Notes: a model not told the origin generated them from the sequence alone. 64,000 nucleotides of DNA from the human T2T-CHM13v2.0 reference genome, Homo sapiens (GCF_009914755.1 NC_060925.1); one strand, 5' to 3'. Numbered from the stretch's first letter, positions 40,377 through 55,334 are shown. Made by a program: numbers and translations.

Positions 40377-41712
40377 CTTGCAAATATTTTCTCCCATTCT
40401 GTAGGTTGTCTGTTTACACTGTTGATAGTTTCTTTTGCTGTGCAGAAGCTCTTTAGTTTAATCATGTCCCACTTGTCAATTTTTGTTTTGGTTGCAATTA
40501 CTTTTGGGGACTTAACCAAAAATTCTTTGCGAAGGCCAATATCAAGGATATTTCCTGGGTTTTCTTCTACTAGGATTTTCCTGGTTTGAGGTCTTTCATT
40601 TAAATCTTTAATCCATCTTGAGTTAATTCTCATATATGGTGAAAGGTAAGGGTCTAGTTTCATCCTTCTGCATACAGCTAGTTATCCTAGCACCATTTAT
40701 TGAATAAGGGGTCCTCTCCTCATTGTTTTTGTCAGCCTTGTCAAATATCAGTTGTAGAAGTGCAACTTTTATTTCTGAGTTTTCTATTCTGTTCCATTGG
40801 TCTATGTGTCTGTTTTTGTACCAGTACCATGCTGTTTTGGTCTCTATAGCCTTATAGTATACTTTGAAGTTGGGTGGTATAATGCCTCCCACTTTGTTCT
40901 TTTTGCTTAGGAATGCTTTGGCTATTTGGGCTCATTTTTGCTTCCATGTGAATTTTAGAATAGTTTTTTTAGTTTTGTTAAAAATAATCTTGGTAGTTTG
41001 ATAGGAATAGCACTGAATGTATAAATTGCTCTGGAGAGTATGGCCATTTTAATGCTATTCATTCTTCCAATGCATAAGCATGAAATGTTTTTTCATTCAT
41101 TTGTTTCAACTTTGATTTCTTTCAACAGTGTTTTGTAGTTCTCCTTGTAGAGATTTTCACGTCCTTGGTTAACTGTATTCATAGGTATTTCATATTCTTT
41201 GTGGCTATTGTAAATGGGATTGTGCTCTTGATTTGACTCTAAGCCTGGGCGTTACTGGTGTATAGAAATGCTACTGGATTTTTGTACACTGATTTTATAT
41301 CCTGAAACCTTGCTAAAATTGTTTAACAGTTCTAGGAGCTTTTGGCAGAGTCCTTAGGGTTTTCTAGGTATAGTTTGACTTTTTCATTCCCTATTTGAAT
41401 GCCTGCTCTGGCTAGGACTATGTACTATGACCAGTACTATGATGAACAGGAGTGGTGAGAGTAGGCATCTTCATCTTGTCCCAGTTCTCAAGGGGAATGG
41501 ACCCAGCTTTTGCCCATTAAGTATGATGTTGGCTGTGGGTTCATCATAGATGGCTGTTATTACTTCAAGGTATGTTCCTTCCATGCCTAGTCTGTGGAGG
41601 GTTTTTATCATGAAAGGATGTTAGATTTTATTGAAAGCTTTTTCTGCATCTATTGAGATGATCATATGGTTTTTGCTTTTAATTCTGTTTATGTGGTGAA
41701 TCACATTTATTG
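40377..41712 (-). mobile_element. L1PB/old L1PA ORF2 fragment
   Basis: KLDPYLSPY...[12 protein letters not shown]; [18 protein letters not shown]. Confidence 0.88.
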
Positions 41713-41784
41713 AAGGTCATTTTGAAGTAAATTCTAGATATATCATTTCACCCATAAGTATTACAGTATGTCAATAAAAGTACT

Positions 41785-42440
41785 TTTTTATTTTCTTGTT
41801 TTTTTCTTTAAGACAAGGTCTCACTCTGTCATCCAGGCTGGAGTGCAGTGGCATGATCTCAGCTCACTGCAACCACTGTCTCATGGGTTCAAGTAATTCT
41901 CGTGCCTCAGCCTCCCGAGTAGCTGGGACTACAGGCACGTACCACCACATCTGGCTAATTTTTGTATTTTTTTGTAGAGATGGAGTTTTACCATGTTGCC
42001 TAGGCTGGTCTCAAACTCCTGAGCTCAAGCAATCTGCCCACTTCGGCACCCCAAGGTGCTGGGATTACAGGCGTCGAGCCACCATGCCCAGCCACAGGAC
42101 TCCTTTTCTTAAAACCCAGTAAGTACATTACCAGATTTAAAAAAAAGTTATTTCATATCATCAAATATCTATCCAGTCAGCATTGGCAGAGTATTTTTAC
42201 TATATTATTCCAAAGTAATCAGTAAGCATTATTTTACTCTTCTAAAATACAATGCAGTTTACAACAAAGTTCACATGTATCAACTTGCCACTATACCATT
42301 ATGTTTCTGTTGTTCATTTGTTTTGTAGAGATGAGGTCTCAATATGTCGTCTAAGCTGTTATCAAACACGTGGTCTCAAGCAATTCTGCCTCTGCCTCCC
42401 AAAGTGCTGGGATTATAGGCATGAGCCAACATGCCTGGTC
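41785..42440 (-). mobile_element. AluJ (41785-42092) and FLAM (42318-42440) in an L1MC fragment
   Basis: Alu consensus. Confidence 0.82.
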
Positions 42441-42902
42441 TACACCATTATTTTTGTTTCAAGTTCTACTACTAGGACGTTGGGAATATACCCAAAACTG
42501 ACAGTATGCCCAGAAAAATTAAGCAAATTACTTTGCATTGATATAGATTTATACTAACATAATTATTTACAGGTACTTTCAGTACTTTCAAGAAAGAATT
42601 TTAAAAATGAAAGTAATGTACAGGCACTGATGAACGTAAAAGTGACGTAAAAATACTAGTAACTACGTAATCTCAGTAGCAACCATTGTCACACACAACT
42701 TGAAGATAAGCAGTCAATAAGCTCTCATTTTTTGGGAAGATTTTGTTTCTCCATCTCTCTATTAGCCTTGGTCAATCCAGGGACACCAGCAAAACTACAC
42801 TGTCCTCTCTTTTTGCATACCATAAAGCTACAATAAATTTTAAAAATCACCTTTAAAGAATAAAGATAAAGAAGGGATCAAAAAATACTTGGATGCAGTT
42901 TG

Positions 42903-43532
42903 GGGTTTTTTTGGTTTTTTTTTTTTTTTTAAGACACAGTCTCACTCTGTCACTCAGGCTAGAGTGCAGTGGCACAATCTTGACTCGCTGCAACCTCCAT
43001 CTCCCAGCCTCAAGCAATCCTCCCACCTCAGCTTCCTCAGTAGCTGGGACTTACAGGTGCGCGCTGCCACGCTCAACTTTTTGTTTTGTTTTGTTTTGTT
43101 TTTGGAGACAAGGGCTCACTCACTCTGTTGCCCAGGCTGGAGTGCAGTGGTGTGATCTCAGCTGACTGCAACCTCCGCCTCCTGGGTTCAAGCGATTCTC
43201 GTGTCTCAGCCTCCCGAGTAGCTGAGACTACAGGTGCCAGCCACCACGCCCAGCTAATTTTTGTATTTTCTTTTTTTGGTAGAGATGGGGTTTTACCATG
43301 TTGGCCAGGCCAGTCTGGGACTCCTGATCTCAAGTGATCCACCCATCTCAGCCTCCCAAACTGTTGAGATTACAGGCATGAGCCACCGTGCCAGTCCTCA
43401 GCTAATTTTTCAAGTTTTTTGTAGAGACAAGATCTCACTATACTGCCCAGGCAATACTGAATTCCTGGGCTCAATCGATCCTCCCACCTTGGCCTCCAAA
43501 GTGCTGGGATTATAGGCATGACCCACTGAGCC
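42903..43532 (-). mobile_element. AluJ with an AluS (43078-43394) nested in its A-rich linker
   Basis: Two arms separated by a full Alu in the same orientation. Confidence 0.85.
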
Positions 43533-44099
43533 AAGTTTGGATGCATTTGAATTTGCTTTATAAAAGACAATGTGGTAAAGTGCAGTACTTATTAATAATT
43601 TTTCCACAACTGTGGGCATAACAATAGAAGGGAAATATGTTCCCTCATTGGAGGGAAACACGTTCCCCCATTGGACCCAAAGAGAAGCAAGCTACCTCCT
43701 TACAATGTCTTTGAAACCTAATTTTCTATTTAAAATTCATGTAAATTTTATACATACTTTGTGAAAATGATTTTTAATATTTTTTAAAACCATGTATTTC
43801 TTTTTTTATTATGCCAGTAAACTGCAGCTGAGTACTGCCTAGCATACCCATTTGAGAAAATGTGGATATATAAGGTCATACATACATTTTACTTTGTAGT
43901 CGAACAAATCTGAGTTCCAATCCCACCCTTGTTACTATCTGTCATTAGATAATTACTTAACCTCTTTACCCCTCCATGTTCTCCATCTTTATATGGAAAT
44001 AACAACAATGGCTGTTACAAATTAGATGGCATATAACAATTAGATGAGATAATGCAAATGAAACAGTTATCACAGAGCCCAACAGAAGGAAAACGTTCA

Positions 44100-44285
44100 G
44101 GCCAGATGCGGTGGCTCATGCCTGTAATGCCAATACTTTGGGAGGCCGAAGTGGGCAGATCGCTTGAGCCCGGGAGTTTGAGACCAGCCTGGGCAACATA
44201 GTGAAACCCCATCTCTACAAAAAGTGTATATATATGTACACATAAATTAGCCAGGTGTAGTAAGCCATGATGGTGCCACTGCACC
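44100..44285 (+). mobile_element. Partial Alu within a MIR
   Basis: Left arm plus truncated right arm. Confidence 0.75.
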
Positions 44286-45289
44286 ACATCACATGTAAAC
44301 TTTGTTGTAAACCACACTGTATTTTAAGGAAGGGGAGGGGAGGGAAAGGGAGGGGAAAGGGAAGGGAAGGGAATTAAATGTTCAGTAAATGTTAGTTGTA
44401 GTTATTATAATTACTATCTCTAAGATCAATATGCAAAATGAGGGATTACCTACCTTGCAGGGTGGTAACAACTACAAAAAAGCTAAGAATCCACCCTACT
44501 TACTGGCAAGCTAACAACCTGGCCTGTTACAATTTCATGGATATTGGAGGAAGATACAGGACTCCTAAGACAAGGACAAAGCAATTTATTCCTCACAATA
44601 ACGGCAGCCAGAGTTTTAGTTGTCGTTGTTTTTTTTTTTTTTACAGAGTATCAGCAATTTTTACACCAATTCCCAAGGCCAATTTCCCATAGGGTGACAC
44701 AGAGTGGGCCATACATCATGGATTGCGTTACGGGAGAGGAACCCTGTGCTTAGGGAATGTGAATCTTTCATAATGGACTGTAAGCATACCTGACCTTTGC
44801 TGTGGAGGGAGAAAGTATCTTTACCTTCAAGGTGCAAGCAACCAGCCCTCTGGGGAAACACTATCTAGTCTGGTAGCAATATAACATCCTTGAGAAGAAA
44901 ATCTAGAACAATCAGTACCCTATTCACAAGATGTGCAGAAACATACGAGACATAGAGAATTGTGTCCCAACAACATCCACTCCTCATTTCTAACCATCTT
45001 GGCAGCTGATAAATTTTCTCACAAGTATGCCACTATCAGGCACTCTGATTAATCCAACTGACAGAGGCTTGAACTAAATCTGATCAATTGGTATCATACA
45101 TCATTTAATTAAGGCTACTATCAACAAGACTCCAAGCAGCAGGATGAGGTCAATTTTCAGAACTGATTTCAACCATGTTTCTTAGAATCCCACACCCAAA
45201 TAAGATAATGAAATCCCATAAGCCATCAGGGTCTACCTCAGAAAGCCAAGTAGCTTTCTGTATTGATCTTTCCTTTTGGCCTAAGATAT

Positions 45290-46200
45290 TAATCTAGGAA
45301 CAATAAGATATATTAGTTAATTGTACAGACTCTGCCTTGGCTCACAAGAAAAAAGTCCAGGGCAATTTTATCATCCATAATAACTCTTGTCAGTGAATTG
45401 AGGCAGACCTTAATGCCTTCCAGGGCCAAGGTGTTGTCATTGGTTAGTTCAGTTAAAAAGTCAGGAATGAATTTTGCACTGCCTAGTCTAATTGAATGAC
45501 TCCCCTTATAAAGATAATTCTTCACAGGGTGTGCCTAAATAACTAATCAGTTATCATTCCAGGAAGTTTCCCCAAGCAAGCAAGCATGGCCTCATTTTAG
45601 AGAGATCTACACAGTTATCTAAAGGCAACAAGATTTAATGGTGTTTCCTTAAACATTCAAAGGTAGAGGAAGGTCCATGTTTCTAGGAGGGAGATAAGCT
45701 AATACCTGGGTTACACAAAAGAAGTACAGTCCCAAGGACACACATGGTACATCGGAAAAGAGAGGGTTGTTCAGAATCACTAGGTCTTTCTAAGGAGAAC
45801 CTACATCAGTCAAGGAGGCATTGTCAAATTGTGTCGCAGCACAAGGTTCCCACTCAGTTCAGTTCAGAACAGTGAGTCTAGTCCTTGTTTTTGAAAGGAC
45901 TGAATGATGGCAGTCAGTCCAATCTGTCCCATTTGTCCAGGCCATAAGCCAGGTGGCCAAAATCTACCCCACAGAATCTGAGTGAAGTTGATGAGATGGG
46001 AGTAAAGAAGTGTTCACAGGTGTTTTGCATGGAAGGTACATGACCTGGAGCCAACCACTGCTGTTTCCAGTAGACCTCCCAGTAAGTTTACAGGGAATGA
46101 CAAATCATGATCAGAGCCATGGGGGATGGCAGACCCAGCAGGGATGGCAGACCCAGCAGTCAGCTAAATTTAATGTGATAACAACAATTTGGAGGAGCTG
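45290..46200 (-). pseudogene. ERV env remnant (SU CWVC motif; TM ISD-like SLTRVIMDDKIALDFFLVSQGRVC)
   Basis: ORF 45313-45525 and LNLADCWVCHP at 46141-46173. Confidence 0.8.
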
Positions 46201-46949
46201 CACCAGAGTGTTTTCTTTATGAGGAAGGCTTCAAGGGCGATTCTGAAAGAAAATGAACATTAATGTCTTTACCTTCTCTAAACCTCCTGGGGTCTAAGAT
46301 GGTCCCTCCACCAAGTGTCAGGATTGCTGCTCTCTGTCCATTGCTACAAAATCAGTATGTCCCATTCCAGCAGCTATAACTTCACCTTTTTCCCAATCAC
46401 CTTTTACTCACAACACCCAGACCTTTCATCTGGAAATGTCAGGCGCAAGAGGGTCAAGGGAATTTGCATAAAACCTACAGAAACCCATTATGGTCCCCAC
46501 TGTCTACCATACAGAGACTCAGCAAGCAGTATACTCAACCAAATAGTCACTATCCTGATGACCTAGAATAATATCAATTCAACAAGAGAATCTAGGTAAC
46601 TGAACAAGAATTAAGTCTGAATTCCTTAAGCCATCTTTTGGCCTAGCTGCCACATAGAAGATAGATACCAACCAGGCTGGCCTTGGGTTGTTACTAGGGG
46701 GTAAAAAGAAACATCATGCCTAAAATTGGTCAGGGTGGAATCCTGAATTCTCAAAATAGGGCTATATAACCTCCCACCCCTTCCATTCTGATCATTACTC
46801 AGGAGTGATCAAGACGAGATAATCCTTTTCTGGGGACAGCTACAATCAGTGGCAAAACTGGCTTTCTAATAAGTAAGGTGTGTGGATCAAGAGGAGGTGA
46901 AGGATGTAGAATCAGAAATCGTTGAGTCAATTTTTGAAGAAGCTGTTCC

Positions 46950-47860
46950 AATATTCAATGTTTATCCACATACCAGATGCCTATGAACGGCAGGGAGCAT
47001 GGAAGCATCAAATACCTTGACAATCAGTTCATTGCTGAGTGGCTTGTACGATAAAAGGTGCACTACTGTTAGACTGCAAACAGTCCAGAAAGCCAAAAGT
47101 ATAACACAGATTGGTTTCTAGGGTCACGATGGCGTGGCCAGAGCCAGCTGATTGGACTAGAACAGCAACATCAAAACCATAAAAAAAAATGGCAACAGGA
47201 GTGAGGCACCACTGATAGGAAGCTGGCTGAATAGGCAGGTCAAAGGTCCAATGTATTCAATCTGCCAGGAGCAAGCAGGAGCCACATCCCATGCCACTGG
47301 CTTCTCTCATCATGTGACAAACGGTTAAACTTTTAGCAGGAGGCACAAGTCTGGCATGTAATGGCACCCTCTGTGTCACAGTCCTTTGCTTTGTGTTCAG
47401 TTTATGATAGTTGATATTCGTCATATCCAATATAATGAATATGGCTCTGGGCAGTGTACACTCAATCAGAAGCTTGATTCCAGTGGGCTTCATCAGAAGA
47501 CAGGCCCTTACTAAGGGCATCTAGATGAGTGATCCAGATGGTTTGATCAGCAAGTATAATTTGTTTTCATAGTTCACAGCTTTAACAAGAGCTATCTTTA
47601 ACTTGCCAGTCTATAGCTTTCCAAGTGGCAGACCAAAGAGCTAGGCCATTAGCAACAGGCAAAGGTCCGTAGAAATACAACAAGTTTCATCAAGAAGAGT
47701 ACCAATCAGAGCTATAAGAAAAGCCTTGAGTTCTGTCCAGAGAACAGAGCAATCACATCCATTATCAGTCTGCATAGCTAGTACAGAGGCTGAACAGCCC
47801 TAGAAGTCAAGCAGACACAGTAAGCTTTCAGCTTGACTAAACCATCAGCAAACCAGGACC
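46950..47860 (-). pseudogene. ERV pol remnant (RNase H + integrase), class III/ERVL-like
   Basis: WFADG (47841-47855), WTELKAFLIAL, VANGLALWSATWKAIDWQVKD, SWQIEYIGPL. Confidence 0.8.
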
Positions 47861-50133
47861 AGGTTTAGGGTGAAACCTCTATGAATTAATGACCCCACTG
47901 AGCTGACGGCTTTGCTTCAGACAGTGAAGTGGGAACTAAAGTTTCCTCCAGAGGACGGGCTGAGCCATAAGACATTATGCACTCCATCTCTCAGGCAAAG
48001 CAAAATTCTAACAACTTTCTTTTCTGCCCACGTTAAGTTACAAATTTGCCTCCTTTCACACTCAGTGTAGGTACACATACATCTGTAAGTCTTGTCTGAA
48101 AGGGAACAGAAGCTTTTGCCCAATCAGGACAAATCTCCCTAAGTTGTTACACTGGGGAGGATTTGAGGGTGACCTCCAGATTGGTGAAAAATATCCTCCC
48201 CACCCAAAGGAGAGTTGGCAACAACCAGAGGAATGTTCAGGCAGCTATCTTTGAACCTATGTCCTGGAACTCAGTCTGTAACCACTTCCCCAATATCTCG
48301 TCATTAATAGGCAATAAAGTAGAGAACCACTTAATTTGGGCAACATGTTTCTACCAATTCCCAAGGACTTCCCTCAAATTCTGTTAACCAACCTATGAAG
48401 ACACCCTCATCTTTCTTCTTCCAGAATGTCACGTGTCTGTCAACATCCATCCTTGCTGCCAAAACTTAAAAACTAAAGGATCTGAGTTTTATCCTGCTAG
48501 CAAGCTAACAACTTAGCCTGCCAGTTTCGTGGATGCTGGCAGAAGACATTGACTCCCAGGTCAGAGACAATGAACTTTATGATTCACAGCAATATTAGTA
48601 GTCAAAGTATCAGCATGTTCTTGTGCTGGTTCTCCAATCCCATTTCCTATAGGGCAACACAAAATAGACCAAGTGATACCTGCACATGCAGTGGAATGCA
48701 ATACAGAAGAGGAACTCACAGCCTAAAGAACCCAAATCTTTTAGAGTGGAAAGTATGCCTACCTCCCTTCACCCAAGAGGGAGACATTATCTCTATCTTT
48801 CAAGGCTGTTAGGAATACAAAAATCTTTGGAAAGATGGAAAAAAAGGCATTCAGTGCCTCTGCTGAGAAGATATACAGAAATCATTCATGGAGAACCATA
48901 TCACTATATCCCAATAAAAGATCACTGTAAAGATTAGATGTTAAGAGCCTAGCACAGTACCTGACATATACAAAGTAACCAAAAGCTAGAAGTTACTGCT
49001 ATTACTCTTTCCCTATTAAAGAAAGGATACATCTAAAATTGATTTTAAAAAACAAATTCAACCACTACTTTCCCTTAGGGAAAAAGAGGATGGGGAGGGC
49101 AAAAGAGAAGAAGCTTTCCTCTCACTAACACTCTTCTATTATAGTTCAATCATTAAAGAATCCAGGGAGCCTGGATGAACTGCAAAGAGAAAAACTAGGT
49201 GACTCAAACCCCACCTGAAAGCCATTAAGGTGCACATAACCTGAAAACTCCTCCTTCTTCCTTTACCACAACCTGACATCTCATTCTTCCTATCTCTATT
49301 ATTCCCCCATAACCACAAGTAAATATAAAGCCAGGTGTAATTATTCTGTTAATTTTACCAGACTGCTTTTTGAAATTAACTCAAACTCACCTTAAAGTCA
49401 ATGACTAGTGATTTGACATGGTGAACAATTTTGACTTGAAAATAAAATGTATGCCTTAAAATCCATTTGAGAATGAAATTATAATCAGGAAGAGTGAATA
49501 AAACAGCAAATTCAGCAGCAGCATTCAAATTTTACAAAGTTCTTGGCCTCAAGGCCTATATTTTATCACATCTTATTGAGCCCCTCAATAAAAGCTAAAC
49601 AAGAGCAGAAGTGTTTTGTACTTCTCTATATATGCATCACTTTAAAGTTACAACCCTCAATTTAGTCAAATCTTTATTTTCTCAATGACAGATTTTATTA
49701 TTCAAAATCATGTCAATGATAGATATCAAAAATACATAAACATTTACAATTCTATTCCATTTGTACCATAACAGCCTAAACTAAGAATATTCCTTCAGTA
49801 AATAGTCACTGAGCACCTTTTACTAGATACTGTAGGAACAGATGGTTAAGATCCAGACAGTTGTTTCCCCAACAGAGCTGACAGTACGAGAAAGAAACAT
49901 GTAAATTGATCACTGACAATCTAACATAAGACTCAAAAGAAGAGAGATGTACAAAATAGAAAAGAAACTATTAACCCTAACTGGGTACAAGGTATGAATG
50001 TTACAAGCAAAAGGTAGGAGGTGGTTTTTGAAAGAGAAATAGAAACTTTCCAAAGGAACATGAAAAGTAAGGATCCAAAAATGTGAAGTCATGAAACAGC
50101 CTAAGCATCAAGCATCAGTATACTGAAATATAC

Positions 50134-50900
<767 letters not shown>

Positions 50901-50996
50901 TAAAACGTTTTGCTAAGTCACAGAAATGGAACAGTACTTAAGATCACAAAATCAAAGAATCACAGGAATGGACGGAATTTCAAAAGTCATCTAGCT

Positions 50997-51610
50997 CAGC
51001 AATTCTCAAGTGTAGTCCTTGGATCAGAAGCATCAGCATAACCAGGAAACCTGGTAAAACATGCAAATTTGCAGACCCTACACCAGACCCACTGAGTCAG
51101 AAACTCTGAGGTGGGGGTCCAGCAACCTGTGGTTTAACAAGCCCTCCAAATTATTCTGATGCAAACTAAAGTTTGAGAACCATTAGTTTAAATCAGGATT
51201 CTCCAATACTGTCAACATTTTGAGCCAGAAAATTCTTTACTATCGGGCGATGCCTGTGCATTATAGAATGTGTAGCAGCATCGTTTGCTTCTGTGCACTA
51301 AATGCTAGTAGCAGCCCGAAGCTGTGACAACCAAAGTGTTTCCAGACATTGCCCAATGTCCCCTGGGGGACAGAAATCACCCTTGGTTGAAAACCACTGA
51401 TCTAGATCAAGGATCAGCAAACTCTCCTAAAAGGAGCAGGGTAAATATTTTAGGCTTTGCAGGACATGCAGTCAACTACTCAACTCTGCTATTAAGGACA
51501 AAAATAACCAGAGACAACATGTAAACATACGTGCACGACTATATTCCAGTAAGACTTTATTTACAAAAAAAGGTGGTGGTTTGGCCCTCAGGCTGTAATA
51601 TTCTGACCCC
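50997..51610. mobile_element. Cluster of hAT elements: MER5A (~50997-51185), MER20 (~51194-51400), MER58A (~51407-51610)
   Basis: Motifs actgagtcagaaactctg; tccagacattgcccaatgtcccctgggg; gtaaatattttaggctttgc. Confidence 0.75.
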
Positions 51611-51749
51611 TAATCTAGGTCAGTTATCTGAATTACAATTGATTGTCCTCAGTCCCACGGCTGCCAAGTGATTCTCTGGATTCTATTTGGCCTGACCTAG
51701 TCCAGTCTTCTGCTTACAGGTACATATAGCTCTACACAGATTACCATTC

Positions 51750-52024
51750 TTTTTTTTTCGAGACAGGGTCTCTCTGTCACCCACCCAGGCTGGTGTGCAG
51801 CGGTGCAATCATATCCTCTTACCTCAGCCTCCTGAGTAGCTAGGACTACAAGCACATGCTATCACACCCAGCTAATTTAAAAAAAAAAAATTTATTTTTT
51901 TTTGTAGAGACACGATCTTGTTATGTTGCCCAAGCTGATCTCAAACTCCTGGCCTCAAGTGATCCCGTGCCTCTTCTTCTCAAAGTGCTGGGAATACAGG
52001 TGGGAGCCACCACACCTGTCCCAG
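51750..52024 (-). mobile_element. AluJ
   Basis: Alu consensus. Confidence 0.85.
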
Positions 52025-52289
52025 ATCACCATTTTATAGACTGAATAAATGAAGCCTACAAAAGGCAAATGACTTTCTCAAAGAACCACAGCTAAGAAAA
52101 CCTAAAACAAAACAAAAAGACAACAGCTACAGCCAGTCTACCTAAGTACAATGTTCTAACAACTGCCCCTTATGGAGGTGTAACCACATATTGCCACCTA
52201 GCAGGCATTCAAACACTCCAGCCCTCTGAATTTACTAAAACCTAGAAAAGTACTGATTTCATGGGGGGAGCGGAGAAATAACTTTACCT

Positions 52290-52480
52290 TAAATGCCCAG
52301 ACAGTAAATATTTTAGGCTTGTAAGGCCATTAAAATCTCTGTCTCAACTACTCATCTCTGTCACTCTAGCAAGAAAACCACCACAGATAAAGGTAAATGA
52401 ACGGGTATGGCTGTGTTGCAATAAATCCTTATTTATAAAAACAGGCAGCTGGCCTGCAAGATATAGTTTGCTGACCCCTG
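52290..52480. mobile_element. MER58A
   Basis: gtaaatattttaggctt...tagtttgctgacccctg. Confidence 0.75.
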
Positions 52481-52803
52481 ATCTACAAGGTCCATAAAAC
52501 CAGTCAGGCAAACAACAGGCATCAACTCTATCATACTCAGCTAATCTAGAGACACTATGTGCATTCCAAGGCTTCTGAACACCTGTGAACACAGAAGCAT
52601 GGCACTAAATGGTAAACAAGGAATAGACAAAGTGCCACCTTTCTCTTCCTTCCTTCCTTCCTGAAGATCTACTACATGACAGCCAAGCACTGCTAATTTA
52701 TTTTATACGTAAGTTTCCTCATTTGTAGAAATTTCTAAAGAGCAGTTTTTGTTTTCTTCAAGAACTCCAAGCTGACAAATTAGCTGGAAAATGAACACTC
52801 TTA

Positions 52804-53151
<348 letters not shown>

Positions 53152-53968
53152 CTATGACCTTGTACAAGTCATTTCTCTTTTCTGGGTCTCAATTTCCACA
53201 AAGGGAAAACTGGTAAGCTTCAAATAGATGATCTCTGAAGTTCCCAACAGAGAACAAGTACATACCTTAAAACTGTCAAAAATAACAGCTAAAATTTATT
53301 GAACACTTTCTATGTCAGACACCTTTTCTAATCACTTTACATGTGCTATCTTATTTTTCATATGGGGAAACTGAGGCAGAGGGGTGTGAGGTGATTGGTC
53401 AAAGATCACCAGAAGAGTCAGTGGTAGGGCTGTGATTTAAATACAAGTGGTCTGAATCCAAAGTCCATGTCCTTAACCACCAACCATTAAATTTAATTCT
53501 ACATGCAAAAACCTTATTTTCCCAATGACCTACAACCCAAATACTAAAACAACATGATTTGTCTCTTTAATAAATAAAGAGGACAGAGGAGAAAGGAAAG
53601 AAAGGACAGGTAACAAGATTACTTGCTCCCAGGAATGAAAAAATATGATGTTCCATGGATACTTAGTTTGGTCCCTAATCCGCAACATCACAAAAGATAT
53701 CTGTTTGGATCAATACCATTTCTGCTCACACAGTCTGGTATTGTCTTTTGTAGACAATATTTCTTTGTGTCAAACTAAAAAAGAAAGAAGTGGGATTCAC
53801 AACTCCATTTAGAAAGAGAAAATATTATAAACGGACAGAAACTACTTATGTGTCACTCAACGTAAGTGACTTACCAGTATGCAACAGAAAAGTCCATATT
53901 TCAAAGAGGAGCTCATATGCAAAGTTTCAAAGACCCATGGTGATAACCCAATATAAGAAAATTTGGCC

Positions 53969-55324
53969 CTCTCCCTCTCCCCTTTCTACGGTCTCCATCT
54001 CCCTCATCTCCCGTTTCCACAGTCTCCCTCTGATGCCCAGCCGAGGCTGGACTGGACTGCCGCCATCTCGGCTCACTGCAACCTCCCTGCCTGATTCTCC
54101 TGCCTCAGCCTGCCGAGTGCCTGGGATTGCAGGCGCGCGCCGCCACGCCTGACTGGTTTTCGTATCTTTTTGGTGGAGACGGGTTTTCGCCGTGTTGGCC
54201 GGGCTGGTTTCCAGCTCCTGACCGCGAGTGATCTGCCAGCCTCGGCCTCCCGAGGTGCCAAGATTGCAGACGGAGTCTCGCTCACTCAGTGCTCAATGTT
54301 GCCCAGGCTGGAGTGCAGTGGCGTGATCTCGGCTCGCTACAACCTCCACCTCCCAGCCGCCTGCCTTGGCCTCCCAAAGTGCCGAGATTGCAGCCTCTGC
54401 CTGGCCGCCACTCCATCTGGGAAGTGAGGAGCGTCTCTGCCTGGCCACCCATCGTCTGGGATGTGAGGAGCCCCTCTGCCCAGCCGCCCAGTCTGGGAAG
54501 TGAGGAGCGCCTCTTCCCGGCCGCCATCCCGTCTAGGAAGTGAGGAGCATCTCTGCCCGGCCGCCCATCGTCTGAGATGTGGGGAGCGCCTCTGCCCCGC
54601 CACCCCGTCTGGGAACTGAGGAGCGTCTCTGCCCGACCGCCACCCCATCTGGGAGGTGAGGAGCATCTCTGCCCGGCCGCCTCGTCTGGGAAGCGAGGAG
54701 CCCCTCCGCCCGGCAGCCGCCCCGTCTGGGAAGTGAGGAGCCCCTCTGCCCGGCCGCCACCCCGTCTGGGAGGTATACCCAACAGCTCATTGAGAACGGG
54801 CCATGATGACGATGGCGGTTTTGTCGAATAGAAAAGGGGGAAATGTGGGGAAAAGAAAGAGAGATGGGATTGTTGCTGTGTCTGTGTAGAAAGAAGTAGA
54901 CATAGGAGACTCCATTTTGTTCTGTACTAAGAAAAATTCTTCTGCCTTGGGAGGCTGTTAATCTATAACCTTACCCCCAATCCCGTGCTCTCTGAAACAT
55001 GTGCTGTGTCCACTCAGGGTTAAATGGATTAAGGGCGGTGCAAGATGTGCTTTGTTAAACAGATGCTTGAAGGCAGCATGCTCCTTAAGAGTCATCACCA
55101 CTCCCTAATCTCAAGTACCCAGGGACACAAACACTGCGGAAGGCCCCAGGGTCCTCTGCCTAGGAAAACCAGAGACCCTTGTTCACATGTTTATCTGCTG
55201 ACCTTCCCTCCACTATTGTCCTATGACCCTGCCAAATCCCCCTCTCCGAGAAACACCCAAGAATAATCAATAAATACTATAAAAATAAATAAATAAATAA
55301 ATAAATTTTTAAAAAAAGAAAAAA
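53969..55324 (+). mobile_element. SVA (SVA_B-like), antisense to FAF1
   Basis: Short CCCTCT head, Alu-like domain, VNTR (~54395-54775), SINE-R and poly-A; 14-bp TSD AAGAAAATTTGGCC. Confidence 0.95.
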
Positions 55325-55334
55325 AAGAAAATTT

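Larger units (their letters stand above)
44467..48916 (-). mobile_element. Ancient deleted ERV: 3'LTR ~44467-44972, env, IN, RNase H, PBS, 5'LTR ~48463-48916 (tentatively LTR50 / HERV16-ERV3-16A3-like)
   Basis: Related LTRs (caagctaacaac.t.gcctg...ttc.tggat...g.aagaagat/c); PPT-like AGAAATGAGGAGTGGA at the 3'LTR; PBS-like TGGCAGC at 48455-48461; pol and env motifs; interrupts a MIR. Confidence 0.8.

Noticed and set aside
54395-54775. CRISPR-like or novel repeat-spacer array
   Set aside because: It is the standard SVA VNTR; the sequence is eukaryotic with no cas genes.
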